DNA from: Anthoceros angustus
Lineage: Eukaryota; Plantae; Anthocerotophyta
Length of the DNA stretch: 64,000 nt
Direction of reading: 5' to 3'
NCBI GenBank assembly: GCA_010909165.1
Contig: MU008160.1
Location: 1,116,001-1,180,000, forward strand
Part shown: in pieces, positions 20,822-33,214 of the stretch
How positions within the stretch are numbered: the stretch's first letter is position 1
Layout of the letters: each line of letters begins with the position of its first letter
The notes under the pieces: generated by a model
What the model saw: the letters and a program-made list of their open reading frames with translations, nothing else
What the model was told of the DNA's origin: nothing
The model's database searches: none
Position numbers and translations under genes: made by a program

Positions 20822-22086
20822 GAGTCCACCACCTTCCAAACCCCTCGTGCGAAATCCATCTCCCATATGTGAAGCCACAAAGGATGTAAATAATCGATCA
20901 CCGGGCGAGCCACGCAAAGCAGCCGCTCCCGCACACTGACGAGCCCGCAGCTGGAGGCCAAGGGAACGAAGAGATTAAGAGGCCCTTGGAGCACTTGTAT
21001 CCCGGTCCAGCTGGCTCGCTCCACATCGTAGCCCAGCAGATTCCAGTTTTGGGTGAGGCAGTAGAGCACGGAGCCTACAAACACTCCCCGCCCGATGTCG
21101 TCATAGAAGCGGAAGTTGAAGATGGAGGGTAGGGCGCGGGTCGTCTCACTCCACCTCCCGAACTCGGAATCAAACACAAACGTGGACAAGGGATCCGTGG
21201 GCTGCTGCCGAAAATCCCTCACAGCCACCACCTTCAAGCGACGCGCCTGGACGTCCACCATCACGCCCCGCACGTGCCATATCTGCAGACCATCCGGGAG
21301 GGCCAGCCCCGCCCAGGAGCCCGCCACCGGGTTGCCGATGTGCACGAGCGATCTTCTGATCTCCTTAGCCAGCAGCACGCCAGCCGAGGCCGACGCCGGG
21401 AAATTCAGAACCGATCGCGTCTGCGTTAGCCCTGGCGGGAGACGGAGCTGGAGCTTGTACCACTTGTCCGAGACAGGGTCGTAGGCACAGGAGACCAGAG
21501 CATTACCGGACTCGCAGAAGCCCGTCACCAAAAGCATTCGTTCCCGCGCTCCTCCTCTCCATTCCAACCGGTCCTGCAACAACAAGGCCGGCGAGTCCAC
21601 GTTCGCCTTCCACTCTCTGCACACCGCGCACGATCGCACCAGGCTCACAAACGGCAGCCGAGCCTGAATCTTGGCTACAAGCTCATCCGGCAGCTCGCTG
21701 AAGGGAGCAGCCTCATCCGGCACCTCCTCGCTACATGGAATCTCCATATGCTGCTTGATTCCGTTAATTCTGAGCCGCTTTATTCTGCTAATCCTGAGCC
21801 GCTTGCTTGTGCTAATCCTGAGCTGCTTGCTTCCGCTAATCCTGAGCCGCTTGCTTGCACTGATCCTCAGCTGCTTGATTCCGCTAATCCTGAGCCGCTT
21901 GCTTGCGCTAATCCTCAGCTGCTTGCTTCCGCTAATCCTGAGCCGCTTGCTTGCGCTAATCCTGAGCTGCTTCCTTCCGCTAATCCTGAGCCGCTTCCTT
22001 GCGCTAATCCTGAGCTGCTTGCTTCCGCTAATCCTGAGCCGCTTGATTTTCATTTTCCCAAGCAGGAATTGTTTGCTGTTGCACAT
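20578..22086 (-). CDS. F-box protein, 502 aa, intronless, with N-terminal basic 8-aa repeats and a C-terminal beta-propeller-like region
   Basis: Uninterrupted ORF. F-box FSELPDELVAKIQARLPFVSLVRSCAVCREWKA. AYDPVSDKW and FVFDSEFGRW are typical of plant F-box-associated domains. The true start codon could be further downstream. Confidence 0.85.
   Translation of the reverse strand: MCNSKQFLLGKMKIKRLRISGSKQLRISARKRLRISGRKQLRISASKRLRISGSKQLRISASKRLRISGIKQLRISASKRLRISGSKQLRISTSKRLRISRIKRLRINGIKQHMEIPCSEEVPDEAAPFSELPDELVAKIQARLPFVSLVRSCAVCREWKANVDSPALLLQDRLEWRGGARERMLLVTGFCESGNALVSCAYDPVSDKWYKLQLRLPPGLTQTRSVLNFPASASAGVLLAKEIRRSLVHIGNPVAGSWAGLALPDGLQIWHVRGVMVDVQARRLKVVAVRDFRQQPTDPLSTFVFDSEFGRWSETTRALPSIFNFRFYDDIGRGVFVGSVLYCLTQNWNLLGYDVERASWTGIQVLQGPLNLFVPLASSCGLVSVRERLLCVARPVIDYLHPLWLHIWEMDFARGVWKVVDSMPFSMYSRFREHGTDRLEQIKVVAGQDEVYIMRGGLNEIVAIDLRHLPGARAWRWLASVPCKSFVETNLHYFDPWLHSWK
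21751..22038 (-). repeat. Coding minisatellite, 12 x 24 bp
   Basis: LRISGSKQ and LRISASKR units mostly alternate, giving a 48-bp higher-order period. Confidence 0.95.
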
Positions 22087-22209
22087 CTTTCCTTCAATGC
22101 ATGAGCTGCTGGAGGAAGAAATGGGATACCCGAAGCTTGTCCCCTCGCAAAGATAACAAAGGAGCGAGGTGCCGCGAATATTTAAATAACACTAACAACA
22201 ACCTAAAAC

Positions 22210-22977
22210 AGTAACGCCCTGACTAGGCAGCCGGTAAGGAAGCTACAAGACTTCCCAGCGGTCTAAGACCTCGCCAATTCATCGCACAAGAAATTTTCAC
22301 AATTCTCAGCGCTTTCAATCTCACGATGTAACACTAGACTCCAAGTAGTTCATCGTCACTGACCTCGTACACCACCTGGGCCTCACGAAGCTAATAGAAT
22401 ACATACTTGAGTCTGGCTATCTCTTTAATAATAGAATATACACTTGAGTCTAGCTATCTCTTTAATAATAGAATACACACTTGAGTCTAGCTATCTCTTT
22501 AATAATAGCTCTTTAATAATAGAATACACACTTGAGTCTAGCTATCTACGCCCAACTAGCTACTACCCTTATAACTCAATGACAAACTCACTAGCTAAGC
22601 TCTCCACAGCTCTCTCTCAACACAAGGCTTACAACGCATCATGAACTAAATGATGTTGATTGTTAAAGCCCTTGCTCCCGACCTTATATATCCCGCAAGC
22701 TCGCCTTAACTAGGCAGCTGTTAATACGAGCCTTAACAAGGCAGTTGTTAACTCGAGCCTTAATTAGGCAGCTGTTAATTCAAGGATTCTTACAGACCAC
22801 TCGTCATTAAGAGTCCTCTCTAGGCAGGTCTTCTTGAGTAGCTGCAGCAATTCCTCTCTAATAGGAGATTACATGAAACATGCAACACATGTATCTTCTT
22901 AACAGGGCAGCTACTAAGTAGCTTTTTACCTCTTTTAACTTTTCATCTTTCCACCTTATTTCACCTGTACCGTTACT
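22210..22977 (-). repeat. 3' LTR with AGTAAC...GTTACT termini
   Basis: agtaac at 22210-22215 and gttact at 22972-22977, followed by ctctccccc (PPT GGGGGAGAG on minus). Internal ~37-bp repeats at 22392-22545. Homologous to 1486-2045. Confidence 0.85.
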
Positions 22978-23880
22978 CTCTCCCCCATTGGGAAGATGTC
23001 ATTGTCCTCAATGACCTCCAATGTAACGTGAGATCATCAATGATCCTTGTTGCACATCTTCAAGTGAAACCCAAATAGGATCTGCATAACCACGAAGCCT
23101 TACCAGATACTCTGGTACATAACCATGAACATAATGCACTTCTCTCTGTGCTAGGAATTCAACAATCTCCCGCAGTCCATAAGGTCTGTGTTGAACCAGG
23201 ATGACATAATCCTCCCTCTTCATATCCTCATTCTCTTTCAAGACTACAAATGGTTTCAGTCAAGAGACATGAAACACATTATGAGAGAAGATCGATTCAG
23301 GCAGTCGAAGTTAGTAAGCCACATTTCCAATGCACTTCTGAGCTACGAAAAGTCCTCCATACTTAGGCATAAACTTTAAGGTCAACCCTTGTGGTAGTAG
23401 GAAATTCTTCAATTTCACCCACACCTTGTCACCTACTTGAAACTCTGCCTCTTTCCTATGCCTGTCGACAAACTTCTTCTGCCTTTCTAGAGCTGTAGCC
23501 AAAATCTTCTCAACAACTTCATGCTTAGGCTTCAATTGCTCAATAAACTACTCAGGTGCTTCTCTTGCTGTTGTCTCAAACACTTCAGCATTCAACATGG
23601 AAACTACGTCCATTGCTTTGTTACCTGTCATCTGAAAAGGTGTGTAGCCTGTGGAGCTATGTACAGTGTTATAGTAACAAAATTTTGTATCCTCAAGATG
23701 ATCACTCCCGTCTCGCTAGTCCATCTGTATATAGTATCGTAAGTATTCTTCTTGGATTCTGTTCACCCTCTCTGTTGATCCATCTGTATCAGAGTGGTAC
23801 GATATGCTCAAACATAATTGAATTCCTAAGCTCTTCATAAGCTGTTGCCAAAACTCTGCAATAAATTTGCGATCTCTGTC
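22210..23880 (-). mobile_element. Chromovirus-type Ty3/gypsy 3' fragment (integrase end, chromodomain, PPT, 3' LTR)
   Basis: ALERQKKFVDRHRKEAEFQVGDKVWVKLKN...KFMPKYGG is an integrase GPY/F region. PEYLVRLRGYADPIWVSLED is chromodomain-like and lies just before the PPT. Confidence 0.85.
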
Positions 23881-25025
23881 AAACCCTATGAGCCTATAGG
23901 GTTCCTAGTTAATATATCGTCTACACCTATTTTGGGTTAGATATGAAACGTTACTTTACTTTTAACAATTTTATATATTAAGATAATTCCTTTTTAATTT
24001 CTATGTTCTTACTCTCTGCTACCAGCCAGATTGACATGGTATCATAGCAACGTCAAACTCTACCATGGTAGGATCGGCCGGCATACTCTAGCGCTAATGG
24101 TGAAACCTACAACTGGGTACATCAATGACCATCACTCATTTACAATGAACGCCGGTAGGGCTCACTACCTGCACTACAGCATCAGCACTTTTTCAAACTT
24201 GGAATGAGGAAAAAATTTTAAAAGAAACACGAGTGTTTTTCAAACACTTCCTTAGAAACAGCGTCTGTGTAGAAAGGGGTTTCTCCTGTCAAAAGGGATT
24301 TTGAAAAAATCCAACCCTATTCGAGAAGTTGGTTTGGTTTGTTGGTTTTGTAGGTATTCATCCGCCAGTTCGGGCATTCTCTCAAGCACCACTTCTGTCA
24401 AGTCATTTACACAGCTAGCCGCCTTTCGAGTTCATGGCGATTTAGTCGGTGAGATGAAGACTAGTGACCTCATTGTTCCATAATTTTCGGTCCGTAGTTT
24501 CGATTTGTATGGTTTTGTATGTTTTGTATACCGATTAGGCGACATATGCGGCGTCTAAACAAGGCTATCATGAAACTTGTGCCCCATGCAAAAGAACGCG
24601 AAAAATGATCTTCTAATGGGGAAACATGTCCTTTTGGAGGTCTGAGGACGCGCCGGAACTCCGAACAAAATAACAAGTAGTAGACATCAGCGGAGGTTCA
24701 CCTAGACCGCTCTCATATATCTATCCTATGCCCTAATGCGACGAAGAACACCCTATCCCCTTTGTATCCTTTACGGTGTTTCCGTCTCTTTCGGCGGTGA
24801 CCTAGTACCGGGTTATCATCAAACATGCCGGGGGGCCCAACTAGGTGAGCAAGTGCATGCACAGGCAAGGGGCCTAGCCACTGAGGGCATGGGGCCTGTG
24901 CCGCACTTTTGCGCATACCAAGGCAAGGAGGCCAGTGCAGCGCACGCTGCGCATCCTGTCAAGAAGGGCCTAGGAGCATGAACCCATATGGTTCATGCCT
25001 CCTAGTGCATTCCCGGACGATTCAT

Positions 25026-26170
25026 CACTACAAGGAGGGGCTACCTTTTACAAATGGGTCTAAGTTTAGTTAGAGGAAACTACAACACTCTTACTACTCA
25101 AAGCCTGTTAAAGTTTTTGAACATTTACAACAAGGGTTCCTAACTAATATGATGTGGCATGGATTTTACAAGGTTTGTTGACATGGCATGTTGACGAATT
25201 TTACAACGGGATTTGTTGACATGGCATGTTGACACAAATTTTACAACGGGGTTTGTTGACATGGCTTGCTCGTTGTACATGAGCGTTGTTAATTGTGCAT
25301 AAACTCTTTTGATTTAGAAAACTATGGGGGTTATTTGTTAATAAAACTACATTTTGTTGAATTTATAATGACGTGGCATAAAGGATGTTGTAAGCGGTAC
25401 TTGTAAAAGGCGTTGTAAACCATGTTTGTTGTAGATGTGGTTGTAAATTGTGCAAGACTTGATTTTTGGAATAATACCATTTATTGGAATATCTATGAAT
25501 AGATTTATTATTTGCTGATGTGGCAAGTTCGTTGCAAATGATGTTGTAAATATGTTTCTCTGGATTTATGTTAGTTATGGGATTATCTTTTTTTTGTATT
25601 TCTTGACGTGTCACATGCATTGTAGCTATGGTTGTAAAATGCATGAAAACCATTTTATATAAATATCTATAAATAAATTTATTATTTGCTGACATGGCAA
25701 GCTCATTGCAAATATCATTGTAAAATGGTTTCTCCAATTTATGTTATATTATTGGATTATTCATTTATTGTATATTTATCGACGTGGCACATGCGTCAGA
25801 ACTATGGTTGTAAAATGCACAAGCCAGCCAATATCCATGAATAAATATATTATTTGATTGATGTGGCATGTTTTAAATGCTGTAAAATTTTGGAAGAGAC
25901 CTTTTCCTTATTTATGTAATTTATGAGGTTATATATTAGTAAGATGATGTGGCATGCCTTTTCCTTATTTATGTTATATATTAGTAAGATTGCTGATGTG
26001 GCATGCTTGTCAAATGCCGTTGTAAATATGTGGAAGAGACCTTTTCTGATTTATGTCATTTATGAGGCTATATATTAGTGAAATTGTCGATGTCGCATGT
26101 TCATTGCAAATACATTGTAAAATGTTATACAAATTTATCGATTTATAAATAGTGCCAGCGCATTGTAAAA
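25026..26170. mobile_element. CACTA (En/Spm) terminus with subterminal repeats
   Basis: CACTACAAGG at 25026. Many direct and inverted copies of tttacaac/gttgtaaa and gacatggca/gatgtggca follow it. Confidence 0.8.
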
Positions 26171-26195
26171 TGTCGGTGTAAGAATTTTCCTAATT

Positions 26196-27060
26196 TCAAA
26201 AGCAGGCATGCATCTTGGCACAGTCCACCAGGCCCACAAGCACGTTATCCAAATGTCCTCTTTGCATGTGTGAGTGCACCACCGCCTTCAGAAGGCACCA
26301 ATGCTTGCACATGCCTTCAAAAGCAAGCAAAAGTAACCTCATCGCCCACAAGGCCCTCCTGCTGCATTCGTCCATACAAAAATAGCGCCTCTTGACCAAG
26401 CCCTTTTCCATACCCGGAATCGTGGCATTCCAAGTCACCACATCCTTTGGGCTCAAGCATTCAAAAACTTGATGCGCATCTTCTACTTCGCCACACTTTG
26501 CCTACATGTCCACCTGCAAGTGCCCACAAGTGTGTTATCTAGTCCTCTCCACAACTGCGGAGTGTGCCTTCCTGTAAGGCACTTGCGTTGCACAGCCTTG
26601 GAAGGCAAGCAAAGGTAACATGGTTGCCCACAATCGCCCTCCTTCTCCATTTGTCCATACTGAACAAGCGCCTCTTGGCCAAGCCATGATTTGCATACCC
26701 AACTATCGTGGCCGTCCATGTCACGACATCCTTTCTCGCTAACCTATCGAAAACCGTGTGTGCTCTTCCAACACCACTATGCATGTCCACCGATATTGGC
26801 AATAAACAAGTTCGGTGGAATGTCATCATGCAACATATCATGCCGCACTTTTCCGCTAGATTCCGTGTCCACAAAGAAATGCACAAGCTTGAAGGCTACA
26901 AAGATGTGGGCATCCGCCTTCACACCGAGCACATCGATAGTAAAGTTGTATCGCCTCATTAGGCTCCCCATGTGTAGCATGTGCGGAGATTATTGAAAAC
27001 CACATGAAGGGATTTGGTTTGCCCACCCTCCGTAGCCTACCTCCGGATACATACATCGCA
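26196..27060 (-). pseudogene. Degenerate PPR gene fragment
   Basis: KPNPFMWFSIISAHATHGEPNEAIQLY; VFDRLARKDVVTWTATIVGYANHGL; MSPKDVVTWNATI. Confidence 0.85.
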
Positions 27061-27589
27061 AGATATGGTTCCCCAAGTATGTGATTGACTGTACCCAAGT
27101 TTGATGTGAGATCATGAACGCGTCATCCCACAACCATGTCCTTCTTATCGCACAAAGTTTTAGCACGATATAAGATGGATGAGGAATAGAATAGTCTATC
27201 TACGCAGATTTCTGAGCTCCAACGGCCTCGAAGCTTTCCCTACTCACATAACGCGATGGTGTGTCACGACTCCCATATCCAATCCGGCACACCTCCTGTG
27301 CTCGGCTCGAGAGCTCGACTTGGAAGGAGAAGCACAATGACCCACTGCATATTCAAAGAAACAAGCTTCTCATCCAACAAGTGGCTTGAACATGTTGTTT
27401 AACCCGAGGACCTCACCGGACTCCTTGCGAATGTTAGCGAGAGCTCCTCTTACCTCGCCTAGTTTCCCACGCACAAGAGGGGAGTCCTAGGAAGTGGTGA
27501 TGGGAGGACGTTACTTGGTGTGGTCACACCGAGAAGCGGCTCAAGTCCGCTACGAGTCCGTAGTCCTATCTATTCAAATAGGTAGGACA

Positions 27590-27840
27590 AGTCCTTGGTC
27601 TTTGGGGTTTGGAAGAAACAGACTCAAGTCCTTGGTCTTGGGTTTGAATGATGTTCCTTGGTCCTTGGGAAAGTAGCAAGTAGATAGAAGCCTATTTCGA
27701 GTCCTTGGTCTTGTAAGGATGTTCCTTGGTCCTTGGGAAAATGGTATGTAGATAGAAACCTAGTCCTTGGTCTTGGGTTTCAAGGATGTTCCTTGGTCCT
27801 TGGGAAAAGTAGCATGTAGATAGAAACCTATTTCGAGAGG
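27590..27840. repeat. Tandem repeat, about 3 degenerate units of 70-90 bp, probably within an LTR remnant
   Basis: gtccttggtcttg...gatgttccttggtccttgggaaa...gtagatagaa.ccta recurs three times. Confidence 0.85.
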
Positions 27841-29779
27841 AAGGCAACTTCCTTGAACCATGGGAATTCCGTTTTCTAGATATTGCATGTAGGGCTATAT
27901 ATGCATGTTAGGTAGACTGCAGGGGTAAAATTGGCCGACTCATCAAGGGCCCGTCAGACATGTATAATCTCGCTACTCCATGGTGGAGTAGTGAGTTCAA
28001 CCTAGGCCGTGGAGTATACCGGTTGAAAATTTTATAGCAACTGCGAATCTAGGTAGGAATCCTAGTGTACTTCCTTTTGGATTGCGCCTTCGCAATTCCA
28101 ATGGAGATACACTAGGACAAGCCCGATTGGCTCTACATATAAAGATTTGTAATACAATGATATGTAGAGTTCTTGCATATTAGCGACAAAGTCGCCTAAT
28201 GAAATGGCCAATCCAGCGCCAAGAAGTGGGCGCCTCACGAGCTAATTTCTAATAGACGCAATAGGTATAGAGTTTGATAGGCCTTCACTTTCGATAATCT
28301 ACATAGTATGCCAATTGCTGAAAACCACCTGAGGGATTCAAGCATGGTTAGTCGTAACATCCGAAATGTAGAGGCATGTTGAAATGTTGAAATGTCACCG
28401 CATGATCTGGAAGAGGTTGAAGGACTGTATGCGTGACGAAATGTCATTAGTGTAATGGCGCATTGAGGTGATTCCACCGAAAACACATAGGAGTATTTAG
28501 ATCCTTAGTCGCTAAGGTTGAAGGATCCTCGGTGACCTTCCGAGTGAAGAGGAGCTCACACTTTGACTCCTCATCTCACTTCCGAATCTTGATCTCACTT
28601 CGAGCTCAAACACGATCCCAAACGCAAGCAAGGTTAGAAGCAACGGAGTATGTGCCTACACAAGAAAACCTCAGATATTAACGAAAGCTCTTTCAAAAGA
28701 GCGACGAGAAGCATGTTCGAGGGTTAGGAGAGTCCGGAACTTTCCTATCTAACCCCAACTAGCCTACATGCCCTGCTACCTAATCCCATGATTGCCACCC
28801 TCGGAGGACTCTTCCTTTGGATTCTCCGAGTCGGAGGGACCGGAGGCCTCGAGCGGAGTCCTCACCGCACATGTCATCTTGGAGGAACAAGATCCTCCTC
28901 AATCCTCAAGAGATCCTGCAGTCAAGACACAAAGCAATTAGATAGCTTTAGAGCGAGTGGGAGTAGGAGCAGAGATGAAGCAAAACCCGTGTCACCATCG
29001 GCGGCTTACAACATGACCTGTGGAACAGCTTCACGCACTCGATCCGCTTCATGACCGACTCAAGATGCTTGCATCGACAGGATAGGAGAGCCTGGCACGG
29101 TGCCTAGGCTCACAATCTTCACATCCTTATCGTGGTTACCTCGAGGGAAATTCGAGGCCGTGAGGGCCTCACCTCCCTCCGTCACATAGCCTCAGCCCAG
29201 GTCAGGCCCCGAGCTCCCTCTTGCGCAGGGCGAGGGGCACGCGTGAGAAATTGTGGAAGCCGCAATGGAGGACCTCCCATGTCCTCCCGATTATGGCCTC
29301 GCCTAGTCCTCAAGACTGCTTGTGCGAGGGCGCTCCGCTTGGTCTCGAGCTTCCCAGCAGCCGTGCCGGGTCCCTTGCAGCGCAGGAGGTTGTCCTAGCC
29401 GCCTTGCCGCAGCGGCCTAGGGAGTCTCCGGGCGGGGTTCGCATCCTTAGAGGAGGACGACATCTCGATGTGTTACGCTCCACAACCCCTTCTCCAATTG
29501 CACAGGCGTGAAGATGAAGAAGAGGAATATAACGCACTGGTGAGGACCGGTTTCTCACCGCACGCTCGAATATATACCGGGCGAGGAGCGTGCACAACGC
29601 AATGCATCTGCAGCTTTCACCCGACTCCATCCTACAAGGACTGAGATGATCCGTTGTTGGAGCATCACTTTCCAAAATGATCAACAAGTGGGAGTGAAGA
29701 GTATACCCAAACACACCTCCGTCCGATCACCTCCTCCCTTTTCTCCGACGGCCACCTCCTCCCACCAAGACAAAGCATT

Positions 29780-30100
29780 CAATTGGGCTTTGCGGACCGT
29801 GTTTTACAACACGGTCCGCTAAAGCCCAATTGTACGTAAAATGTTTGAGACGGCCTGATCGGCCTCTCATGTTTTACAACATACGCATAACCTAATCTAA
29901 TTTACAACACGATCCATTGCAAACCACTGTACATTGTAAACGTTTAAGAGAGGCCAAGATAGGCCTCCCACAACTTTACAACATAGTCTAATTTACAACA
30001 CAGCCCGTTGTAAAGCGCACTTGTATGTTGTAAAATGTATGACAAGGCCGAGATCAGCCTGCACGTTTACACCAAATTCACAACGTAGTCTCATGTACAA
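29780..30100. repeat. Cluster of CACTA-like subterminal motifs starting with a 53-bp hairpin
   Basis: Repeated tttacaac/ttgtaaa, the same motif family as 25026-26170. Inverted repeat at 29780-29832. Confidence 0.65.
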
Positions 30101-31766
30101 AGTCCATTGCAAAGCGATCTTGCATGTACGCCTGCCTTCCAGCCATTGCTTGGGTATTCTACCGATCTCACCTTCCATCGCCAAGTCCACCACAAGGGCT
30201 ACATGCGTGTCACGTCCATCGAACATAGTCATGATCCATCGGCTGCGACTATGTTAGTTTTTGCTTTGAGGCAAAGAGTAACATGGTCGCTTCATCACAT
30301 ATAGATTACATGTGCCCTGTGGTCGCCACATGATGCATGCACTCGATCCGGTGATGCATGAAAACATTTGGAAGCATATGTGCCAGAATGAAGCTCCTAA
30401 AAAACATAGCATGAGTGCAAGGAAACGGCAGAGGAAGCGAGGTATCAAGACTCGACCTTGCTAATTGTCCATCCAGAGTTGCGAACAAAGTGCTCACCTC
30501 ATGTCTCCCATGTTTCAGCCTCTTGTCCGAGGAGTTGAACTCGCTTGTTGTGAATGATGGGTCATGGTGGGTCATGGTGCCTCACCTTCCAAGTGGAGCA
30601 AACCGAAAAGCTGAGGTCGGGCATTTCATTGCCGTTCACGCAAATTGTACAATGTGTCGCCATTTCGACCGCATGTATTTTGTTTTCTGGCACAAATCAA
30701 CCATACGTGCCCGCCATCAACTGATCATGTCACTGCAGACCCGCCACGTAGCATGGATGACTCACATCGCCTTCTCGGGCATCACCACCCCGTGCGCCAT
30801 CCATTATTCAAGACATTTGTACCACCGTGACAAAGCAGCGGATGGATATGGCATGGCCATAATATATAACCAAGGTGTGGGGTCACATATTCCGAGGTCC
30901 GGGATGTGATCACCGCATAATGGGAGTTTGGGAGAGAACAACACCGGATCATCACACCACCGGCAAGCCAAGTCCAGGTGGTGCACCAAGGAGGGAGCAT
31001 CTGTGACAGGCGCTGAGCCTCCAAAATTATGCGGTGAGAAGGAAAGGATTCCAGGTATGGCAATGGCATTTTAGGTCTTTTAGTGCCACCAAAACCGAGT
31101 GAGCATGCATCTGTGGGGTGGTATCAATGCACGCAACTTGCGGCGATTGGCAAGACATTGGAGTGGTGTTCTGGCGGCAACCATGGATGCCTTGACTTGG
31201 ATCTGGCCGCACGGTTGCCTTGTACTCTATCTACGAGCTATGGGTTGTCGAGAAGGATACACGGGTCCCAAGGCTGAATTGGCTGCACAGTTGACATAAT
31301 TAAAAGATACCTTGTTGGATGGCTCACGTCGGGGCAGACACGTTGAGTGCTCGCACTTCACCGCAGCCACCGCCACGACGCACCCACCCAACATTGAGCA
31401 CATTCAAGAGGCAACCGAGAACTTCCCTAAGGTAATGGATCGGGAATCCTAAAGGTGTACTACCGGAATGGGATGCGATCGAGCATCTTGGCTTGTGACA
31501 CACATGTGTTTGTCTCGCTTCAAAATGCGAACGCACTAAGTTCATGCAGGCAATCCTTCCGATCGGAAGAGCTTGGGGAATGGCATTTTCAACATCGGAG
31601 AGATGTGGAAGACGCAGCAAGACGCAAGCTTCGAGTTCTCCAGTGTTCGTGATTACGACCAACGCTTAGAGACGGTCCGTCTGACATTATTGCCCAAGCT
31701 TGGAAAGGAGGAGGTTGTTGACATGCATGGTGAATGATGGTGTGTGGAGCATGTTGCACCGCCTTC

Positions 31767-32030
31767 TCAATGCTCGTGAATTTTGCTCGATGATTGCAAG
31801 CCATTGCGGATCTCTTTGTGCGCATGACATTCGATTCCATTTGCAAAATCGGGCAACACCTTAGACCTCTCTTTCATGGGTCGTTCAACTCCAAAAACTT
31901 GGCATTTTCCGTTCACCAATTTTGCATACATGTCCACGTAGGTGCCCACCACTACATTCTCCAGCGGGCCGAGCCCTTGCACCATAAGGGCATTCCATGT
32001 CACCATATCCCCGACAAAGCAAGCAAGACT
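31767..32030 (-). pseudogene. Short PPR remnant
   Basis: GDMVTWNALM and VVVGTYVDMYAK. Confidence 0.6.
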
Positions 32031-33214
32031 ACAAAAGGTTAGGGAATCACCACTAGTTGTCCATCATAGTGAAGACTAAACGAGGTTCTTTGAAATCAAG
32101 ACACCATCCCCACTTGCCAATTAAGACGATCCATGTAACGTAGGGGTCGGTTTCAATCGCCCATCATAGCATATGATGGATGTAACCGAGAGAGAACGAG
32201 ATTCTTGAATCAAGAAACAGCATCCCCACTCAAGACCACATCCATGGTGCTCCCATTCCTCCTCCATAAGATGATCCACGAGGCGCTCACCGCTTCCGGA
32301 GTGTCCAAAATTTGTCACCTTATTCTCCAAAACCCGGAAGGAGGATTCGCACTCCTCTCGAGGTACTTAGCGCCAATTTGAGTAGGCGGACAACTTCCCT
32401 ACACGGCGGAACCCCAAGCCAGGATGGCGCCACTTGTTCGCATGGCAAACGGGAGACTTGTATCACAACCATCTTGTGAAGCAAGCGGTGGGCTATGTCC
32501 TCACCTTGTTTACTATGTGTCCTCAACAATGGTCCGAAGGCTCGCAGTTTTCCAGGACAAGCCAAAGGCCCCGAGTACACCGGCTCGCTGAGCTGCTACC
32601 GCTTGAGTGCGCTCGGAACAAAGGGGGTCCGGAGAGAAATCATCAACGCGTCTTCTTTACTCTTTCCAGATGCCGAGGCAACGGCCAAGATCGATACCAC
32701 ACTCAAAGAAAAGAGATTGATTTGTGGCCCAATTCTAGTGCCTCATCACCGCTACAAGAAGCAAGAGGTCGATCATCGAAATTGCGAACCACGTCATCGC
32801 AACAATCGGCTTTTTCACGTAAACCCTTAAACCTGAACCTGCCTCTTCCACGACGTTTGTACTCACCATAATTATAATTAAATAAGTGAAATATTTAAGA
32901 CTTGGGATACTTTTTATACTTATAAGAAAAGCTTTAAAATATTTTTCAACCTATCAATTACCTATCTATCCTCCCACCCTCTCCACTCCTTATCTATCCT
33001 CCCACCCTCTCCACTCCTTATCCCTCTATCGTCCCCACTCCTTATCCCTCTATCATCTCCCTTCCCCGCCTTCTCCTTTCCACATAACAAGTCTATTACT
33101 CCAACTCTACTATGTAACTCATTGGTCATTATCACGCTATCATTGTCTTCATCATCCTCACCTATGATATCCGCATCCTCATCATCTTGACTCATGTTAT
33201 CCTCGCCTTGAGCC

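Noticed and set aside
21671-22156. Plus-strand ORFs with ANPEPLAC or LILSRLL repeats
   Set aside because: They are antisense shadows of the stop-free 24-bp repeat in the F-box gene.
27262-27960. Solo LTR TGTCAC...AGACA
   Set aside because: The flanking 5-mers (TGGTG and TGTAT) do not form a TSD and there is no second copy, so the boundaries are unsupported.
28500-29770. Retroelement gag/UTR remnant
   Set aside because: The composition is suggestive but I recognise no diagnostic motif, so it is not listed as a feature.
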